From the IMG/VR virus record IMGVR_UViG_3300017650_000126, positions 1 through 30,631 of that record: 30,631 bases of DNA. One strand, 5' to 3'. Every line of letters starts with the position of its first letter. Position 1 is the stretch's first letter. The DNA is from a virus. Taxonomy: Duplodnaviria; Caudoviricetes. A program made the position numbers and the translations under genes. Below, in pieces: positions 26,308 to 30,631 of this stretch. A model generated the notes under the pieces. The model saw only the letters and a program-made list of their open reading frames with translations, was not told the DNA's origin and ran no database searches.

Positions 26308-26559
26308 GTGACCGATGAGCGAATGACTGTGGCTGGGGCATACGCCAAGATTGAAGCGCACGAGGATCTCTGCGCCGAGCGGTACAAGAATATCCACGAC
26401 GCCATCGCCGATCTCAAGACCGGTCTGAAATGGGTCATCGGCGGCATCTGGGCGGGAGCTATCGGCGTCGCTGCCTGGTCGCTGGCCCAATTGTACTCCG
26501 TGCAGATCGGCCATCAGATCGGCCAAGACGGGCCGCCGCCCGCCCACGGTCAACGCTGA
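26308..26559 (+). CDS. Single-TM coiled-coil protein, holin/XhlA-like; start 26308 (GTG) or 26323 (ATG)
   Basis: IEAHEDLCAERY..I coiled coil followed by TM WVIGGIWAGAIGVAAWSLA. Confidence 0.7.
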   Translation: MTDERMTVAGAYAKIEAHEDLCAERYKNIHDAIADLKTGLKWVIGGIWAGAIGVAAWSLAQLYSVQIGHQIGQDGPPPAHGQR

Positions 26560-27603
26560 ATGGCGTTCACATCGACGCCAGCCGATAAGCTGGCGCGCGT
26601 GGTGGAGATCGTCAACACGGTCTACGCCGAAGGCTTCACGCCGGGCCGAGGCGCCCTGTCGGAGGCTGGCCGGCGCGCGGTGGGCGAGGGGCACTTCTCC
26701 AACCCGATCCAAATCTGGAACTGGCTGGAGCGCGCCAAGAGCCGCATCGGCCTTGAGCCGGACGAGACGCTGTATCGGCCCCGGCAGTACCGCCACGCCG
26801 TTCCCGGCGAGCCGGTCATCCCGTCACAGGACCACATTGCCGAACCCGAGCCCGAGGGCGAGCCCATCCGCATCGCTGTCATCGGCGACGCCCACGACAG
26901 CCCGCACCTGCCCGACAAGGCCCGGTTCAAGTGGCTGGGCGCCTACGTCGCTGAGCATGGCTTCGAGTGGGTCGTGTCGGTCGGCGACTGGATGACGATG
27001 GATTGCTTCTCCTCGCACACCGACCGGGCGACGTTCGAAGGGCGCGCCAAACCTACCTTCGCGCAGGACATCGACAGCTTCCACGCCTCGCAGCGGGCGT
27101 TCCGCGAGGGGCTGGGCGGACACAAGCCGAAGCTCCTGTGCACCCTCGGCAACCATGAGGCGCGCGCCTGGCGGTACGACAACTTCCACCCCGATGGCCT
27201 GTCGCACGGCCTCCTGGTGGATGAAGCTTTCGCCCAGTGGGGCTGGCGGACGTCGCCCTATGGCGAGTACCGGTTCATCGGTGGCGTCGCCTTCGTCCAC
27301 ATCCCGCAGAACGCCATGGGGCGCGCTCTGACCGCATCCCAGCGGCCCAACAAAGCGATGGTCGACACCATCCATGGCGACGATCACCGCGCCACGCAGA
27401 TGACCGATTTCAAGTCCGGTCCGTTCCGCTCGCCCACCGTCTACAGCGCCGCCTCCGCGCTGCCGCCCGGCTACATCGAGGGGTTCGCCAACAAGGGCGG
27501 CTCGACGTGGCGGTCAGGGATTTGCGAGGCAACCGTCTGGGGCGGTCACGTGCGGCGCTGGGCCTTCGAAGAAATGGTCTTGCTGCGGAAGCGGTACGGC
27601 TAG
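26560..27603 (+). CDS. Calcineurin-like metallophosphoesterase with N-terminal extension
   Basis: GDAH, GDWMTMD, GNHE, FVH, HGDDH metal-binding motifs. Confidence 0.88.
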   Translation: MAFTSTPADKLARVVEIVNTVYAEGFTPGRGALSEAGRRAVGEGHFSNPIQIWNWLERAKSRIGLEPDETLYRPRQYRHAVPGEPVIPSQDHIAEPEPEGEPIRIAVIGDAHDSPHLPDKARFKWLGAYVAEHGFEWVVSVGDWMTMDCFSSHTDRATFEGRAKPTFAQDIDSFHASQRAFREGLGGHKPKLLCTLGNHEARAWRYDNFHPDGLSHGLLVDEAFAQWGWRTSPYGEYRFIGGVAFVHIPQNAMGRALTASQRPNKAMVDTIHGDDHRATQMTDFKSGPFRSPTVYSAASALPPGYIEGFANKGGSTWRSGICEATVWGGHVRRWAFEEMVLLRKRYG

Positions 27604-27878
27604 AGCGCCCAAACCACGCGGAAGGGATTAAAAACACCCATTTGATCCTGCACAGGGTATGGCGCGGGCGGCTGAATACCTAGCCCCTCCTGCATTAGGC
27701 GCAAATTCTTGCTGGCTTCACAAGCTTCGGCACGGGCAAGCTCATAAAGCTTGCTCCGCTCCTCTTGTTCTTCCGGGGTGCCGTTAGCGTTCATAAACCC
27801 GAGCGAACAAAAGCGGTTGTTCTTCTCGAACTCCTCCCCCGCCAACCTTGCGAGTTCTTCGCGGTCTTCGTCGGTCAT
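27600..27878 (-). CDS. Hypothetical accessory protein, 92 aa, AT-rich
   Basis: ATG at 27878 with GAGGGAG RBS and extended -10 TGcTAAGCT upstream; stop overlaps the convergent gene's stop. Confidence 0.65.
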   Translation of the reverse strand: MTDEDREELARLAGEEFEKNNRFCSLGFMNANGTPEEQEERSKLYELARAEACEASKNLRLMQEGLGIQPPAPYPVQDQMGVFNPFRVVWAL

Positions 27879-27945
27879 AGCTTTCTCCCTCTTAAAGCTT
27901 AGCACAATCCCCACCCCGACGCACCTCCCTCACGTCGGCAACCTT

Positions 27946-27982
27946 GCGCCGGTCGGTCCTTCGGGGCTGGCCGGCGCCTTTT
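27946..27982 (+). terminator. Intrinsic terminator ending the late operon
   Basis: GCGCCGGTCGGTCC-TTCG-GGGCTGGCCGGCGC followed by CTTTT. Confidence 0.8.
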
Positions 27983-27987
27983 GCGTT

Positions 27988-28269
27988 TCAGTCCGCCGCC
28001 TCCCCCAGCCTCAGCACCACCTCCGTCTTCGACCCCCATCCGCTGAACTGCGAGACGACCAACTCAGCGACCGGACCCCGGCACTTCTCGCACCGAAGCT
28101 TCGGATAGAGCTGCACCAGCGGGACGTCTGCATACTTCGGCCAGGGCGCGAGCCTGAGGGCAGGGGATACCCCGGCGCCGCAACGTCCAGAGCCGCACCT
28201 GAGCAGCAGTTGCAGGCCGCGCTCCAGCACGTCAGCGGGGGTTAGGGAGGTGTCGCCGGTGCAGAACAT
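27988..28269 (-). CDS. Small Zn-ribbon protein, probably SOS-regulated
   Basis: LRCGSGRCG...LRCEKCRG cysteine pairs; LexA-type box over start codon. Confidence 0.7.
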   Translation of the reverse strand: MFCTGDTSLTPADVLERGLQLLLRCGSGRCGAGVSPALRLAPWPKYADVPLVQLYPKLRCEKCRGPVAELVVSQFSGWGSKTEVVLRLGEAAD

Positions 28270-28278
28270 CTCTGGAAC
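28264..28278. promoter_or_regulatory. Alphaproteobacterial LexA (SOS) box
   Basis: GAAC-ATCTCTG-GAAC, i.e. GTTC-N7-GTTC on the minus strand, between a TAATGT -10 element and the ATG. Confidence 0.7.
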
Positions 28279-28384
28279 ATTATTCGGGAATGGACCGGGA
28301 CTTCGAGTCCCGAACTACTCCATTCGGTTCTGTTTCGTTCCAACTGGCGAAGTCGTTCGCGGTGCGATTTCCCTAGGGAAACCC

Positions 28385-28458
28385 TGGAGGCCTGGCCGAG
28401 AATCGAACTCGGGTACACGGATTTGCAGTCCGTTGCGTAACCACTCCGCCACCAGGCC
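28385..28458 (-). tRNA. tRNA-Cys (GCA), probable prophage attachment site
   Basis: Reverse complement GGCCTGG...ACGGA-CTGCAAA-TCCGT...GTTCGATT...CCAGGCC-TCCA; 74-nt cloverleaf, U discriminator, encoded CCA. Confidence 0.97.
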
Positions 28459-28481
28459 GATGGGTGCGTTCGCGAGCCGGT

Positions 28482-28510
28482 GAGCTAACAGAACCGCATC
28501 GAGGGGGCAA
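28482..28510 (-). promoter_or_regulatory. Putative tRNA promoter
   Basis: TTGCCC-17 bp-TAGCTC on minus strand, 23 nt upstream of the tRNA. Confidence 0.45.
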
Positions 28511-28590
28511 GGAACACGGCGGCGATTGCGTTCTCGTTAAGAGCGGACCTATAAGCGGCCGATGTTTTTCGGGTGCGGCGCGAGGCGGGG

Positions 28591-29232
28591 ATGACGCAGG
28601 ATTACGGCTCGGCGCGGGTCAACATGGTGGAGAATCAGGTCCGCACCAATGACGTGACCGATCACGGGATCCAAGACGCCATGGGCGTCGTGGCGCGCGA
28701 GCGGCTTTGCCCGCCCGGCCGCGCCTTCCTAGCCTATGCGGAAACGCCGGTGGAGTACGCTCCCGGGCGCTTCCTGATGGCCCCGCGGGATATCGCCAAG
28801 CTGTTGCAGGGCCTGCGCCCGCGGCCCGGCGAAAAGGCCCTGGCGATCTGTGCGCCCTATGCGGCGCTGGTGCTGGCCGAGATCGGCCTGTCCGTCACCG
28901 CGCTGGAGCCGGCCGGCGATGCGGCGGAGATCGCCGGCAAAGCCCTGGCTGATTCGGGGGTGGCGGTGGTGGCCGGGGATCCGCGCACGGCGGGCGCCGA
29001 CGGTCCTTACGATCTGATCGTCTGCGAAGGCGCGCTGGTGGAAGCGCCCAAGGCTTGGCTCGACGCTCTTGCGGTCGGCGGGCGGCTGGGCGTGGTGGAG
29101 CGGGACGGCCCGGTCGGCCGGGCGAAACTGTACCTGCGGGCCGACGACGGCGCGCTGGCGGCCCGCCCCCTGTTCGACGCCGCTCCGCCCATGCTGAAGG
29201 GGTTCGAGGTCGCCCGCGGCTTCGTTTTTTAA
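28591..29232 (+). CDS. pcm: Protein-L-isoaspartate O-methyltransferase family
   Basis: ARVNMVENQVRTNDVTD, VARE, GPYDLIVCEGA, LAVGGRL, LFDA..P.L.GF...FVF. Confidence 0.9.
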   Translation: MTQDYGSARVNMVENQVRTNDVTDHGIQDAMGVVARERLCPPGRAFLAYAETPVEYAPGRFLMAPRDIAKLLQGLRPRPGEKALAICAPYAALVLAEIGLSVTALEPAGDAAEIAGKALADSGVAVVAGDPRTAGADGPYDLIVCEGALVEAPKAWLDALAVGGRLGVVERDGPVGRAKLYLRADDGALAARPLFDAAPPMLKGFEVARGFVF

Positions 29233-29327
29233 GGTCGAAGTCGAGAAACATCGGCGCAACGCGGCGTGCATAGGTACCAAGGTCAGGGCGTAAAGCAGGG
29301 CCCGCGGTGGTCAAAAAGAGGGGTCTG

Positions 29328-30631
29328 ATGCCGAAGTCGCCGCCCGGCGCCCGTACCGCCCTGGTCGTCCTGGCGTTCGCCGCCGCCGGCGGCCCTGCGA
29401 GGGCCGACACCCTGGCCGACGCCATCGCGCTGGCCTATCGCACCAACCCGACCCTCCAGCAGCAGCGCGCCCAGCAGCGCGCCCTCGACGAGACCTATGT
29501 CCAGGCCCACGCGGGATGGCGGCCGACCCTCAACGGCAATGGGTCCATCACCTATCAACGACAGGCGCTCGGCCAGTTCGGCGGCGCCAACATCGGCAAC
29601 GCCAATCTGCAGGCGTCGCAGCCGCTCTACACCAGCGGCCGGGTCAGCGCGGCGGTGGATGCGGCCGAAGCCAACGTTTTGGCTGGGCGCGAGGGCCTGC
29701 GCGCCGTCGAGGGACAGGTGCTGCAGTCGGTGGTCCAGGCCTACGAGGACGTGCGCCGGGACCAGACCATCCTCGGCATCCGCGAGAAGAACGTCGAGGT
29801 GCTGCGCAACCAGCTCGAGCAGACCAAGGTCCGTTACGAGGTCGGTCAGGTGACGCGCACCGACGTGGCGCAGGCGGAAGCCCAACTCGCGGCGTCCCGC
29901 GCCCAGCTCGCCACCGCCCAATCCCAGTTGCAGAACAGCCGCGCCGCCTACGCCACCGTGGTGGGGCAGAATCCCGGGGATCTTGACCCCGCCCCGCAGC
30001 TTCCCGGCCTGCCCGCGACCGTGGACGAGGCCTTCGACGCCGCGGAGCACGCGAATGGCACGTTGCAGCGGGCGCGCCTGCTGGAGGCGTCGTCGCGCGC
30101 ACGGGTGGCGCAGGCGAAAGCGCTGGGAGGGCCGACCTTCACCGCCAACGCCACCATCGGCGTCGCCGGCCCCATCGCGCCCTTCGATCGGCGCGACTAT
30201 GGCACCAACATCACGCTCCAGGGGGTGATCAGCAAGCCGCTGTTCGCCGGCGGCGTGATCCAGTCGGGGGTCCGGCAGGCCCTCGAACAGAACACCGCCG
30301 ACCGGGTGGCGATCGAGGGCGCCCGCCGGCAGGTGGTGCAGTCCGTCGCCCAGGCCTGGAATGTGATGAGTTCCGCCCGTGCCGGCGTCACCGCCAACGA
30401 GGAGCAGGTGAAGGCGGCCACGGTGGCCTTCACCGGCATCCAGGAACAGTATCAGGTCGGCATCTCCACCATCCTCGACGTGCTGGTGGCTCAGGCCACC
30501 CTGCGCGACGCCGAACTGGCCCTGGCGCAGTCGCGGCGGGACTTCAACGTCGCTCAGTCCTCGCTGCTGGCCGCCATGGGCCGGCTGGAGGCGCGGGCCG
30601 TGCTGACAGGGACGCCGCTGTACGATCCGGC
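29328..30631 (+). CDS. tolC: TolC family outer membrane protein, 3' truncated by window
   Basis: Signal peptide then DTLADAIALAYRTNPTLQQQRA, QPLYTSG, RYEVGQVTRTDVAQAEA, VGISTILDVL; pcm-tolC synteny. Confidence 0.93.
   Translation, partial: MPKSPPGARTALVVLAFAAAGGPARADTLADAIALAYRTNPTLQQQRAQQRALDETYVQAHAGWRPTLNGNGSITYQRQALGQFGGANIGNANLQASQPLYTSGRVSAAVDAAEANVLAGREGLRAVEGQVLQSVVQAYEDVRRDQTILGIREKNVEVLRNQLEQTKVRYEVGQVTRTDVAQAEAQLAASRAQLATAQSQLQNSRAAYATVVGQNPGDLDPAPQLPGLPATVDEAFDAAEHANGTLQRARLLEASSRARVAQAKALGGPTFTANATIGVAGPIAPFDRRDYGTNITLQGVISKPLFAGGVIQSGVRQALEQNTADRVAIEGARRQVVQSVAQAWNVMSSARAGVTANEEQVKAATVAFTGIQEQYQVGISTILDVLVAQATLRDAELALAQSRRDFNVAQSSLLAAMGRLEARAVLTGTPLYDP

Larger units (their letters stand above)
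1..28384 (+). mobile_element. Prophage (podovirus-like, temperate), right part; left end and integrase lie outside the window
   Basis: Contiguous co-oriented replication, terminase, portal, capsid, tail, ejection and lysis genes ending at the 3' end of a tRNA-Cys gene, followed by host housekeeping genes. Confidence 0.95.

Noticed and set aside
27892-27906. Candidate CtrA box near TTAA
   Set aside because: Second half-site is not TTAA at 7-bp spacing; other TTAA sites inspected are also single half-sites
27751-28483. Plus-strand ORFs 27751-28245 and 28250-28483
   Set aside because: Cross a terminator and the tRNA gene; minus-strand ORFs have better signals

Overview
Positions 1 to ~28384 are the late half of a temperate podovirus-type prophage (P22-like portal/terminase, SU10-like capsid, ejection proteins, no tape measure) in a high-GC alphaproteobacterium, most likely Caulobacteraceae judging by codon style and the flanking tRNA-Cys/pcm/tolC order. 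Gene order: primase-helicase (truncated by the window start), repeat-rich origin-like segment, HNH insertion, putative late regulator, promoter-terminator leader, packaging, head, glycosyltransferase, tail/fibre cassette, ejection proteins, lysis, metallophosphoesterase, then two small minus-strand accessory genes. The prophage ends at the 3' end of a tRNA-Cys(GCA) gene, followed by host pcm and tolC. The most notable observations are a receiver-less CtrA-like winged-helix protein coupled to the endolysin, a Zn-ribbon gene with an alphaproteobacterial LexA box over its start codon, a 20-aa-repeat fibre cassette, a glycosyltransferase in the head operon, and two modules (HNH gene, transglycosylase domain) bracketed by direct repeats. 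All assignments come from motif recognition by eye; no database searches were run.
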